Assembly: GCA_963675665.1 (NCBI GenBank)
Contig: OY776510.1
Span: 1,472,001 to 1,536,000, forward strand
Length of the DNA stretch: 64,000 nucleotides
From: Spirochaetia bacterium
GTDB lineage: Bacteria; Spirochaetota; Spirochaetia; UBA9216
Direction: 5' to 3'
A program made the translations under genes and the position numbers. The notes under the pieces were generated by a model. It was not told where the DNA came from and did not search any database. It saw only the letters and a program-made list of their open reading frames with translations. Positions 12,043 through 20,612 of this stretch are shown here, one piece after another. Positions within the stretch are counted from its first letter, which is position 1. Each line of letters begins with the position of its first letter.

Positions 12043-13173
12043 TTACAATGCAGCTATCTCAATGTACGGGGCCTGTCCTGCCCGGTAGAGATCTTCAACA
12101 AGTCCGCCGGGGAGGTCCCCATCCAGAGAAAACATAAATATGCTGCTTTTGTATGAAATGTGTCTGTATTTTTTTAATGTCTCAAGCAGCGGGTTCTTTT
12201 CAGAGAGACCTGCAAGAAGATAGTGTTTGCCGCGCTCCACGGCAATGTTATAGATGCTCTCGAGAAGGGCTTTAAACACTGAAGGCTCATTGTCTTTTAT
12301 ACAGACAAATGCCGCGTATGCCGATTTAATACAGCCGCCGATTTCCGGGAGGGGATGAAGGCCTGTAAACGGTCTGAGCAGGCTTGCCGCTGTATTAAAA
12401 AACGGTTTGATTAGCCGCAGCGAACGGGCGTATGAAGTAACCGCGGTTTGCTTGTAGGCGGACTGGTCCCAGTAGCCTGTTGTTCCGATGATTTCCTGAC
12501 CATCGAATGCAATTCTCATATCCTCCAGTCTGAATCCCCGGGTTAAACCGTTTTCGGTGAAGTCTTTCCTGCAATAACAGGGGTGCAGCATTTTGCGGGA
12601 GCCTTCGCGGTTTAAAAAGTCTATAATGTCGTCAAGAAGGCCGGGCGAGCCTTTACGGATCACCGGTGATGTTTTTTCCGACTTCTTTTTTCCCCCTACT
12701 GAGATCCCGGCGGTATAGATTTCACCGATCCCGGCTGACCTGGGAAAAGACGGTCTGGGGCGTTCGCTGAAAATCCGTCTTGCCGTCGCATTCCCTTCCG
12801 AAACTACCGAGAAATACAGTTTCGGTTCCGTTTCCGCCTCTTTCTCACGCAGAAATCCCATTGCCTTCAGCGGCAGAAAATGGCCCGTGTATTTTCCCGC
12901 TACCCTGAGGCTGCCGAGGTAGCCGACGGTTTTCACTTTGCCGTTTATATACCTTGGCATATCGGCTGTTACCAGAAGAAATGCCGGCTCTCCGTTCTCA
13001 TCATTTCTTCCAAGGTAAACCCTGTGGCTGCGGCCGGAAACAGTACAGCCGTGAAAAAAATCAGGCTCCCGTCTGAAAGATGCGCCGATCCTGCCGGGCA
13101 TGGAGCATTCGGCAAGCATTTTTCTGATGTCATTATCATCATCTGTATCTGCCAAAAAAAAACTGAATTTCAT
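12043..13173 (-). CDS. GNAT-fold protein (tandem-GNAT-like)
   Basis: FRREPDFF, YINGKVKTVGYLGSLRV acetyl-CoA-binding strand, WDQSAYKQ; coupled to the radical SAM gene. Confidence 0.6.
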   Translation of the reverse strand: MKFSFFLADTDDDNDIRKMLAECSMPGRIGASFRREPDFFHGCTVSGRSHRVYLGRNDENGEPAFLLVTADMPRYINGKVKTVGYLGSLRVAGKYTGHFLPLKAMGFLREKEAETEPKLYFSVVSEGNATARRIFSERPRPSFPRSAGIGEIYTAGISVGGKKKSEKTSPVIRKGSPGLLDDIIDFLNREGSRKMLHPCYCRKDFTENGLTRGFRLEDMRIAFDGQEIIGTTGYWDQSAYKQTAVTSYARSLRLIKPFFNTAASLLRPFTGLHPLPEIGGCIKSAYAAFVCIKDNEPSVFKALLESIYNIAVERGKHYLLAGLSEKNPLLETLKKYRHISYKSSIFMFSLDGDLPGGLVEDLYRAGQAPYIEIAAL

Positions 13174-14504
13174 TCGCTGTACCCGAGATGCATGCCCTGC
13201 TTTTTAAAAGTTTCCTGTCTGAAAAGCGGGTTATACAGGCAGTAAATGCCCAGCTGTAACGGATTCCTCATATTGGTTTTCAAGTCAAAGGCTCTCCTGA
13301 ATATTGAGCCGGGACTGTTGAACACGCTTCGGCAGCGCAACCCCGCCCCGGTCAGCTGCCCGGGTGTCATTTGCGCCGGGATATAGGACGCGTGATTAAA
13401 CCGGTATTCGGGATGGAGCCACCATTTTCCGTCATACAGCAGGCGGTTTTCACGTTTCAGCTTTCGGTAAAACTCTGTGCCTGGGTACGGCATAAGGATA
13501 TTGAATGCCGCGAATGTAAAGCGGTTCTCCAGCGAGAAATCAAGCATCCTTTCGATTGATTCCGGACTGTCCCCGTCGTAGCCGAGAGTGAAGGCTGCCC
13601 AGGTCTGAAACCCGAAGTCGCGGAGAATCCGGATCTGTGTTCTGTAATCACCGGATGCCGCCGAGATATTTGCTGCTTTGCCGGTTCCGGACAGGTTTTC
13701 AGCGGAAAGCGATTCAAAACCGATTACATTTCCGAGGCAACCGCTTTTTCTCATCAGAGTCAGAAGTTCCCTGTCTGTGGTTATATCCATGCTTGCCTGT
13801 GAGACCCATTTTATCTTAAGCGGTATCAGCGCCCTGAACAGTTCCTTCGCCGCATGGTGATCGGCAGTGATATTATCATCCACAAAGAACAGGGTTTTAC
13901 GATCCTGTAATTCTATTTCGCGTATAACCTCGTCAATATTCCGTTTGTAATGCTGTCGGTGGAAATAGGAGCTGACCGCGCAGTATGAACAGGAATAGCG
14001 GCAGCCGCGGCCGAACTGCAGCAAGGTTATCGGCAGGTATCCCTTGTTCTTAAACAGATCCCTTCTGGTCATTGTTCCCGGCTGCGGTATACCCGGCGGA
14101 CCGTTATAGCGGGGTTTCAATACCCCCCTTCGGGCGTCGTCTATTACCTCAGTCCAGACTGTTTCAGCGTCGCCGGTCAGAATTGAATCGGCATGGGAAG
14201 CCGCTTCGTCCGGCACAAGTGTGATATGCATTCCGCCGAGAATAACGGGAACGTCCCTCTTTCTGAATTCTTCGCTGATCTCATAAGCACGTCTGGCGGT
14301 GTATGTTTCGACGGTTATCGCGACAAGATTGTATTTCCGATCAAAAGGAATTTCCTCGCAGCGGTCGTCGGAAAGTTCGACTTCCACATCCGGGGGTGTA
14401 AGTCCGGCAAGAACTCCCAGCTGAAGGGGCTCCATTCTTGCTTCGTCAACAAAGAGACTGTGCTCGAGCCGGCCGATATTCGGACGGATCAACAGAAGTT
14501 TCAT
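13170..14504 (-). CDS. B12-binding radical SAM protein
   Basis: N-terminal cobalamin-binding domain (VILGGMH), RGCRYSCSYC, FFVDDN, IGFES, PYPGT. Confidence 0.92.
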   Translation of the reverse strand: MKLLLIRPNIGRLEHSLFVDEARMEPLQLGVLAGLTPPDVEVELSDDRCEEIPFDRKYNLVAITVETYTARRAYEISEEFRKRDVPVILGGMHITLVPDEAASHADSILTGDAETVWTEVIDDARRGVLKPRYNGPPGIPQPGTMTRRDLFKNKGYLPITLLQFGRGCRYSCSYCAVSSYFHRQHYKRNIDEVIREIELQDRKTLFFVDDNITADHHAAKELFRALIPLKIKWVSQASMDITTDRELLTLMRKSGCLGNVIGFESLSAENLSGTGKAANISAASGDYRTQIRILRDFGFQTWAAFTLGYDGDSPESIERMLDFSLENRFTFAAFNILMPYPGTEFYRKLKRENRLLYDGKWWLHPEYRFNHASYIPAQMTPGQLTGAGLRCRSVFNSPGSIFRRAFDLKTNMRNPLQLGIYCLYNPLFRQETFKKQGMHLGYSE

Positions 14505-14533
14505 CCATCACCCCCGAGAGGACACCTCCTTGG

Positions 14534-14562
14534 ATTTTAGGCTCCGGGGGTTAACCCGTCAA
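14534..14562 (-). promoter_or_regulatory. Sigma70 promoter of the radical SAM operon
   Basis: Minus strand TTGACG-17-TAAAAT. Confidence 0.65.
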
Positions 14563-14630
14563 GGTTTTTATTTTACCGTATAACTGTTCGCTCCGGTCAA
14601 TTATTTGAATTGTCTCAAGGCTGACAATCT

Positions 14631-17141
14631 TTACCTGACTACAACATTAACCAGCTTGTCCGGCACGGCAATAACCTTAACGATCTTTTTACCCTCGGTA
14701 TAGGCCTGAATCTTCTCCTGCGCAAGGGCAAGGCGCTCAAGTTCGGCCTTTGCGGTTCCTCTTGCAAGTTCAATCTTGTCGCGAAGCTTGCCGTTGACCT
14801 GGATAACAACAGTCACCTGGTCTTCTATCGTCATGGCTTCATCCCACTCAGGCCAGGGCTGTTTTGCAACAGAAGGCTCATTTCCCAGCTTTTCCCACAA
14901 CTCTTCGGCAATATGCGGGGCATATGGAGAAAGCAGCAGCAGAAAGCACTCCCATACCGATTTATAAACCTTGTCTGTCTTGAACTGCTCATTGATAAAA
15001 ATCATCATCTGGCTGATGGCCGTGTTGAACTCAAGGTTTGCCGTATCATGGGTTACTTTCTTTATCGTTTTATGAAGCAGCTTCTCAAGCTCTTCGGGCG
15101 CCTCTTCGTCTACAACCGGCTTCCCGGTGACGCGCCAGACGCGGTCGAGGAAGCGGTGCACGCCCGTAAGGCCCTTCGTCTGCCATGGTTTTGAAACCTG
15201 CAGCGGTCCCATGAACATCTCGTACATCCGCATCGAGTCGGCCCCGAATTCGGCTATTATGTCGTCGGGATTGATTACGTTCTTAAGGCTCTTGCTCATC
15301 TTCGCAATTACCTGTTCAACCGCCTCGCCGGTCGCTTTTTCGATGTATTCGCCCTCGGCCTTCTCTTCAACCTCGTCAACCGGAACCAGCGACTTGTTCG
15401 GCCGCTGGTAGGCAAACGACGTAATTAGCCCCTGGTTTATCAGCCTTGCGAAAGGTTCCGGGGTTTTAACAACGCCAAGATCAAACAGCACCTTGTGCCA
15501 GAACCGGGCGTACAGCAGGTGAAGCACCGCGTGTTCCGCGCCGCCAACGTAAAGATCTACCGGCATCCAGTAGTCCTGCACGGCTTCGTCGGCAAAGGTT
15601 GCGGTGTTGTGCGGGTCAAGAAAGCGCAGGTAGTACCAGCATGAACCGGCCCACTGCGGCATGGTGTTTGTTTCGCGTTTTGCAGCGGCCCCGCAGACGG
15701 GACAGGTCGTGTTGACCCACTCGTCAATCCTTGCCAGCGGCGATTCTCCCGTGCCCGAGGGTTCGTAACTGTCGACGGCCGGAAGCTCAAGCGGCAGATC
15801 TTCTTCAGGTACAGGCACAATGCCGCATTCCGGGCAGTGTACCAGAGGTATCGGCTCTCCCCAGTAGCGCTGGCGGCTGAAAATCCAGTCGCGAAGTTTA
15901 TAGTTCACAGCCGCTTTGCCAAGCCCGCGCTCTTCAAGCCATGCCGTTATTTTATCGATTGCCTCCTGTTTGCCCAGGCCGTCGAGTATGCCGGAGTTGA
16001 CATGCGGGCCGTCGCCGGTGAAAGCTTCCTCATCGACATTTCCGCCCTGAAGTACTTCTATGATCGGCAGGCTGAAAACCTTTGCAAACTCCCAGTCGCG
16101 TTCGTCATGCGCCGGGACCGCCATAATAGCTCCGGTACCGTAGCTTATAAGAACGTAATCGGCAACCCAGACGGGAATCTTTTCCCCGTTGACCGGGTTG
16201 ACGGCATAACTTCCCGAGAACACACCGGTTTTTTCCTTCGCAAGATCAGTACGTTCGAGATCGGATTTCAGCGAAGCCTGCCGTATATAAGCTTCAACAG
16301 CAGCACGGTGTTCATCGGTAGTCAGTTTTTCCACAAGCGGATGCTCCGGGCTGACAACCATGTAGGTTGCGCCGAAGAGAGTATCCGGGCGCGTAGTGTA
16401 GACAACCAGCTCTTCATCAATTCCGTCGAGACTGAACTTTACATCAGCCCCGGTTGAACGGCCTATCCAGTTGCGCTGCATTGTCTTGATCGAATCGGAC
16501 CAGTCCAGGTCATCAAGCCCCTCAAGCAGTTTGTCTGCATATTCGGTGATCTTCAGAATCCACTGGCGAATATTCTTCTTCTCAACCTGGGCCCCGCAGC
16601 GGTCGCATGTGCCGTCGTTGACTTCTTCATTTGCAAGACCCGTCATGCACGACGGACACCAGTTAATCGGAGCCGCCGATTCATATGCCAGGCCTTTTTT
16701 ATAAAGCTGAAGAAAAATCCACTGCGTCCAGCGGTAGTATTCCGGCGTATGGGTTTTAATCTCACGGCTCCAGTCGTAACTGAACCCCAGACTCTTTATC
16801 TGTTTTGTGAAATGTTCAATATTCTTTTCGGTAGTCGTCTTCGGATGAGTACCTGTTTTAATAGCATAGTTTTCAGCCGGCAGACCGAAAGAGTCGTAAC
16901 CCATCGGGTGAAGCACATTATAGCCGTTCATCCTCAGGTATCTGCAGTAGATATCGGTAGCCGTATAGCCCTCGGGATGCCCCACATGCAGGCCTGCCCC
17001 CGACGGGTATGGGAACATGTCCAGTACGTACATCCGTTTCTCGGGCGGAAAAGACGGGTCTTCCTCGACTCTGAAAGAGTTGTTCTCTTCCCAGTAGTTC
17101 TGCCATTTAGGCTCAATTTCAGTAAAAGGGTATTTGCTCAT
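14631..17141 (-). CDS. leuS: Leucine--tRNA ligase
   Basis: [14 protein letters not shown] (HIGH), KMSKS and CP1 editing domain [12 protein letters not shown]. Confidence 0.99.
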   Translation of the reverse strand: MSKYPFTEIEPKWQNYWEENNSFRVEEDPSFPPEKRMYVLDMFPYPSGAGLHVGHPEGYTATDIYCRYLRMNGYNVLHPMGYDSFGLPAENYAIKTGTHPKTTTEKNIEHFTKQIKSLGFSYDWSREIKTHTPEYYRWTQWIFLQLYKKGLAYESAAPINWCPSCMTGLANEEVNDGTCDRCGAQVEKKNIRQWILKITEYADKLLEGLDDLDWSDSIKTMQRNWIGRSTGADVKFSLDGIDEELVVYTTRPDTLFGATYMVVSPEHPLVEKLTTDEHRAAVEAYIRQASLKSDLERTDLAKEKTGVFSGSYAVNPVNGEKIPVWVADYVLISYGTGAIMAVPAHDERDWEFAKVFSLPIIEVLQGGNVDEEAFTGDGPHVNSGILDGLGKQEAIDKITAWLEERGLGKAAVNYKLRDWIFSRQRYWGEPIPLVHCPECGIVPVPEEDLPLELPAVDSYEPSGTGESPLARIDEWVNTTCPVCGAAAKRETNTMPQWAGSCWYYLRFLDPHNTATFADEAVQDYWMPVDLYVGGAEHAVLHLLYARFWHKVLFDLGVVKTPEPFARLINQGLITSFAYQRPNKSLVPVDEVEEKAEGEYIEKATGEAVEQVIAKMSKSLKNVINPDDIIAEFGADSMRMYEMFMGPLQVSKPWQTKGLTGVHRFLDRVWRVTGKPVVDEEAPEELEKLLHKTIKKVTHDTANLEFNTAISQMMIFINEQFKTDKVYKSVWECFLLLLSPYAPHIAEELWEKLGNEPSVAKQPWPEWDEAMTIEDQVTVVIQVNGKLRDKIELARGTAKAELERLALAQEKIQAYTEGKKIVKVIAVPDKLVNVVVR

Positions 17142-17147
17142 GGCCGT

Positions 17148-17176
17148 ATATTACCGCTTAGATAAAGTCTTGTAAA
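17148..17176 (-). promoter_or_regulatory. leuS promoter (leaderless geometry)
   Basis: Minus strand TTTACA-17-TAATAT, 6 nt before ATG; no SD sequence. Confidence 0.65.
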
Positions 17177-17188
17177 TACTGAGATTAC

Positions 17189-17314
17189 GGGCGGCTGCCC
17201 TGCGTTCCGCAGTCCACCGGGCTTTACGCTGCAACGGCCCGAACCCGGCTTTTTTTCCCGGCTACCTCCGGGCCGCCGGAAAGCCGGGGCCGTTTCCGCT
17301 GCAATCCCTGCCGC
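17189..17314 (+). ncRNA. Flavo-1-like structured RNA / REP-like element
   Basis: GC-rich nested stems: GCGGC/GCCGC ends, AACGGCCC/GGGCCGTT and CCCGGCTTT/AAAGCCGGG, with blocks GGGCTTTACGCTGC and TTCCGCTGCAATCCCT that resemble Flavo-1 as I recall it. Confidence 0.55.
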
Positions 17315-17379
17315 GGGGGCTTAATAGTTAAATCGGATACCAATATGTATATTAGGTTTAACGTGTAAGGTAAAATAGC

Positions 17380-17408
17380 TTGACAAGTTGTATTGTTTGG
17401 CCGATAAT
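17380..17408 (+). promoter_or_regulatory. higBA promoter (leaderless geometry)
   Basis: TTGACA-17-GATAAT, 6 nt before the in-frame GTG at 17415. Confidence 0.65.
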
Positions 17409-17414
17409 GAATAT

Positions 17415-17723
17415 GTGGAAGCATATTTCAAAAACAAGGAATTGGAAAAGCTTTATACAACAAATAAAAGTAAGAAATACAAACTCGAACAACATGTAAT
17501 AAGTAACTTCTTTGAAGTTGTGGCTATTATCGCAGCCGCAAAGGATATCTATGATTTCAGGGAAAAACCGTCTTTGAATTTTAAAAAAATGAAAGGTTTT
17601 CAAAACAGGTACTCTTTCAGGATCGACAGAAAATACCGGCTTGAGACTGAAATTGAATGGGAGAATGAGAACAAGACGGTAGGAATTATCGGTATTGATG
17701 AAGTAAGTAATCATTACCAATGA
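17415..17723 (+). CDS. higB: HigB-like (RelE/ParE superfamily) toxin
   Basis: F.NKELEKLY, PSLNFKKMKG, YSFRIDRKYRL and C-terminal SNHY; toxin-first order with the downstream HigA. Confidence 0.85.
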   Translation: MEAYFKNKELEKLYTTNKSKKYKLEQHVISNFFEVVAIIAAAKDIYDFREKPSLNFKKMKGFQNRYSFRIDRKYRLETEIEWENENKTVGIIGIDEVSNHYQ

Positions 17724-17758
17724 TAATAAGGAGGAATGATAAAAAGTCTTCATGAGCT

Positions 17759-17911
17759 GGTGAATTGATATACTGCCTTAACTTTAATTGAGGCAGTAAG
17801 GTTACTGTTCGACATTTTTACTGGTCCGCGAGACCGTTTAGGAGATTGAAGAGCCGTAACCGAAACATTCAATGGTCTGCGAGACCGGATAGGAGAATGG
17901 AACAATTCACC
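17759..17911 (+). ncRNA. Putative IS110 bridge RNA
   Basis: Closing stem GGTGAATTG/CAATTCACC; hairpin TACTGCCTTAA/TTGAGGCAGTA; two arms each capped by GGTC-YGCGA-GACC with internal loops carrying AGGAG that match the junction sequences. Confidence 0.75.
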
Positions 17912-17946
17912 GTATAGGCACTGCTTCAAACTATTGGAGATAGAAC

Positions 17947-19059
17947 ATGAAGATGAGTATTGGCGTGGATCTTCACAAAACGCAGTTTACAGTATGCCTT
18001 TTAAGTGAAGACCGAAAAATTGATCAATTGGGAATGTATCCGACCAGCGGAAATGGTTATGGAGCATTTCTGAAAATGCTGGATGAATATTGTGAAGAGG
18101 AATATGAGTTGAGAGCAGCGGTGGAAACAACCGGGAATGCCCGTTATTTCCGCAATAAACTGTTAAAGGCTGGAGTCGAAGTGGTTGTAGTGAATACTTT
18201 GAAATTCAAGGTAGTGAATGAATCTGTAAAAAAGACAGACAAACATGATGCACGCACCCTGGCGGAGTTTCTTGAGAAAGACATGCTGCCTGAATCGATA
18301 TTATGTTCCCAAGAGAGTGAGGATATTCGAAGGGTGCTGAAATCCAGGTCGATACTGGTAAAATCTGTTGTGTCGTTAAAGAACCAGGTGCATGGCTTAT
18401 TACTTGGTTATGGAATAGAGACCAAACGCGGACAGCTGCAGAGTAAAAAAGAAAGGCAGCGAATCCTGAACGGTCTCGAGGACCACGACTTTTACGGAAG
18501 CGCTGCCAAAACGGTAATACCGTTACTGGATATGATAGATAATCAGGCATCGCAAGTCAAGCAGCTTGAAAAGGTTTTGGCTGAGCTTGTGGAGGACGAT
18601 GAAGATGTTGAGCTTCTGCAGACAATACCAGGCGTGGGTCTAATAACAGCAGCAACAGTAAGAGCCTATACAGACGATATCGGCAGATATGATAGTGCGA
18701 AGAAATATGCAGCAAACGCCGGGCTTGTGCCATGGGTGCAGAACTCAAATATGACAATACATCATGGACATATAACAAAGCGTGGGCCTGTAGAACTGAG
18801 GACAGCCTTCGTACAGATGGTGATGGGAATGGTTCGTATGCAAAAGAAGACCGGGACGTACCGAATAATGACGAAGTATGCAGCGATGAAGAAGCAGAAA
18901 GGCTCGGGTAAGAGTGTAATAGCTGCCGCCCGCAAGATGAGCACTTTGGTATATACAATTTTAAAAACCAGAGAGCCGTTTGATCCGATGAAAATGGCTT
19001 TTAGAAAAGAATACAGGGAAATGCAGGCAGCAGCATGGGAAGCTGTAATGGTCGGTTGA
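17947..19059 (+). CDS. IS110-family DEDD recombinase/transposase
   Basis: IGVDLHK (D), AVET (E), KTDKHDA (DD), TIPGVG, AGLVP..NS catalytic-Ser region, ARKM. Confidence 0.95.
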   Translation: MKMSIGVDLHKTQFTVCLLSEDRKIDQLGMYPTSGNGYGAFLKMLDEYCEEEYELRAAVETTGNARYFRNKLLKAGVEVVVVNTLKFKVVNESVKKTDKHDARTLAEFLEKDMLPESILCSQESEDIRRVLKSRSILVKSVVSLKNQVHGLLLGYGIETKRGQLQSKKERQRILNGLEDHDFYGSAAKTVIPLLDMIDNQASQVKQLEKVLAELVEDDEDVELLQTIPGVGLITAATVRAYTDDIGRYDSAKKYAANAGLVPWVQNSNMTIHHGHITKRGPVELRTAFVQMVMGMVRMQKKTGTYRIMTKYAAMKKQKGSGKSVIAAARKMSTLVYTILKTREPFDPMKMAFRKEYREMQAAAWEAVMVG

Positions 19060-19121
19060 TATCCGACTAGATCATAAGCTTATATTTTTAGCTTGTGGTT
19101 GACTTTTTATAGGAGAAAACG

Positions 19122-20237
19122 ATGGCAATGATCAGGGATTTAAAACCGGCAGTTTTGATTGGAGCCGGGGATATTATAAAAAGGGAACTTGAATATAACG
19201 GTTGGTCACAGGAAGATCTCGCAGAAATTACCGAGCTTTCAGGAAAAACAATCAGCCAGTTAATAAACAATAAACAACGGGTTACGGTTGAGACAGCAAA
19301 GCTGCTTTCTAATGCATTGGGCTCAAGTCCTGAATTCTGGCTGAATCTGGACAACAATTACAGGCTGCAGCTTGATGATGAAACCGATAAGGAATCAGCA
19401 GTAAAGACGAAGGCTGAAATTCGCAAGTATATGCCGGTTGCAGAAATCTGCAGGAAAGGCTGGTACTGCAGCGACAATACAGCTGAAGGATATAAGTCAG
19501 TATATAAAGATATCTGGAACCGGGATGATATTGATTTTTTTGTCTATGATAATCCGGATATCGAATATTGCGCGCGCAGGTCGAAAGAAGATGAGCAGTT
19601 CACGCAATACTACTCTCAGACCTGGGCGAGGATAGCAAAAAATCATGCAGAGAAAATTGATGTACCTGATTATAATCAGGCTCTGTTAAAAAAAATCTCC
19701 GAAACTCTATCCGAATACACAATTCAACCAAATGGAGTCAGGCGAATAATAAACGATTTAAATTCAGCAGGCGTCAAGGTTTTTGTTCAATCCCATCTAT
19801 CCAAAACATACCTTGACGGAGCCTGTTTCTTTGACGGAAAAAATCCGGTGATTGTTTATACCGCGCGATACGACAGGCTAGATAACTTCTGGTTTACGCT
19901 TGCTCATGAGATCGCCCATGTGCTTCTTCATTTATCTCCTGATAATGATAAATGTTTTCTGGATAATCTCGATTCTGAGAATACAACAAAAAAAGAAAAA
20001 GAGGCTGATGCAGATGCTGAAAAAATGCTGAAAATCAGGGAGATCCTGAAATTGGCAAAGCCGTACAGCAAATATCTTTCCGAAGCGAATCTTCGAAATA
20101 TTTCCGGACAACTGAAAATAGAAGTCTCGGTTATCCTGGGGGTTCTTCAACATCACGGAATAGTGGATTACAGGAAACTGAACAAGTTTAAAACAAAGGC
20201 AACACCTATCTTACCTGTGGAAATAATGATGGGATGA
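19122..20237 (+). CDS. higA: HigA antitoxin fused to ImmA/IrrE-type metallopeptidase
   Basis: XRE HTH (WSQEDLAE...FWLNL) plus RLDNFWFTLAHEIAH (HExxH) and E.EAD. Confidence 0.9.
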   Translation: MAMIRDLKPAVLIGAGDIIKRELEYNGWSQEDLAEITELSGKTISQLINNKQRVTVETAKLLSNALGSSPEFWLNLDNNYRLQLDDETDKESAVKTKAEIRKYMPVAEICRKGWYCSDNTAEGYKSVYKDIWNRDDIDFFVYDNPDIEYCARRSKEDEQFTQYYSQTWARIAKNHAEKIDVPDYNQALLKKISETLSEYTIQPNGVRRIINDLNSAGVKVFVQSHLSKTYLDGACFFDGKNPVIVYTARYDRLDNFWFTLAHEIAHVLLHLSPDNDKCFLDNLDSENTTKKEKEADADAEKMLKIREILKLAKPYSKYLSEANLRNISGQLKIEVSVILGVLQHHGIVDYRKLNKFKTKATPILPVEIMMG

Positions 20238-20255
20238 ATAATAAGGAAATTCTGT

Positions 20256-20339
20256 CTAATTATTAACAAGGCCGAATTGGTCGCTATTTGAGTTTAGTAA
20301 TTGTATAAACTCTCTGAAGTCTTTCGGGATATTCAGCAT
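20256..20339 (-). pseudogene. N-terminal remnant of a nucleotidyltransferase-like gene
   Basis: MLNIPKDFREFIQLLNSN resembles the start of the nucleotidyltransferase family that normally follows the adjacent small gene, but the frame stops after 27 codons, before the expected GG..A motif. Confidence 0.55.
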
Positions 20340-20469
20340 AAAATTGTTTCCTAAGGAATTCAACGGCGTTAAGGCGTTCAACAGGGCTTTTCGACAGCCA
20401 GTATTCCCTGTCGGGGTTTGCTGTTGAGGCGTCATGCAGGTTTTTCTTTGTAACTGTTTTAACAATCAT
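20284..20469 (-). CDS. Small protein, usual partner of a nucleotidyltransferase (TA-like pair)
   Basis: DREYWLSKSPVERLNAVEFLR...RLQRV pattern; extended -10 TGTTATAAT 6 nt before ATG 20469. Confidence 0.7.
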   Translation of the reverse strand: MIVKTVTKKNLHDASTANPDREYWLSKSPVERLNAVEFLRKQFYAEYPERLQRVYTITKLK

Positions 20470-20612
20470 TAATTTATTATAACATATTGAGATCAATATG
20501 GAATCTGCAATCTTTTAAAACTTAAATTAATACTTCCCCCGCGCTGTTTGCCGTTGTATAATCCTGACATAATAAAACGATGGCCCGCGGAGCCCGGACT
20601 CAAGGAAGCAGC

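Larger units (their letters stand above)
17729..19115 (+). mobile_element. IS110-family insertion sequence inserted in the higA ribosome-binding site
   Basis: IS110 recombinase with a ~210-nt left non-coding end; AGGAG at both junctions (17729-17733, 19111-19115); removing the element restores higB TGA-TAATAAGGAGAAAACG-ATG higA. Confidence 0.88.

Noticed and set aside
17142-17314. T-box leader for leuS
   Set aside because: No T-box consensus on the minus strand, and the predicted leuS promoter leaves no leader.
17822-17896. Two ~24-nt near-identical repeats as a mini-CRISPR array
   Set aside because: Only two imperfect copies and no cas genes; better explained as the two arms of the IS110 non-coding RNA.
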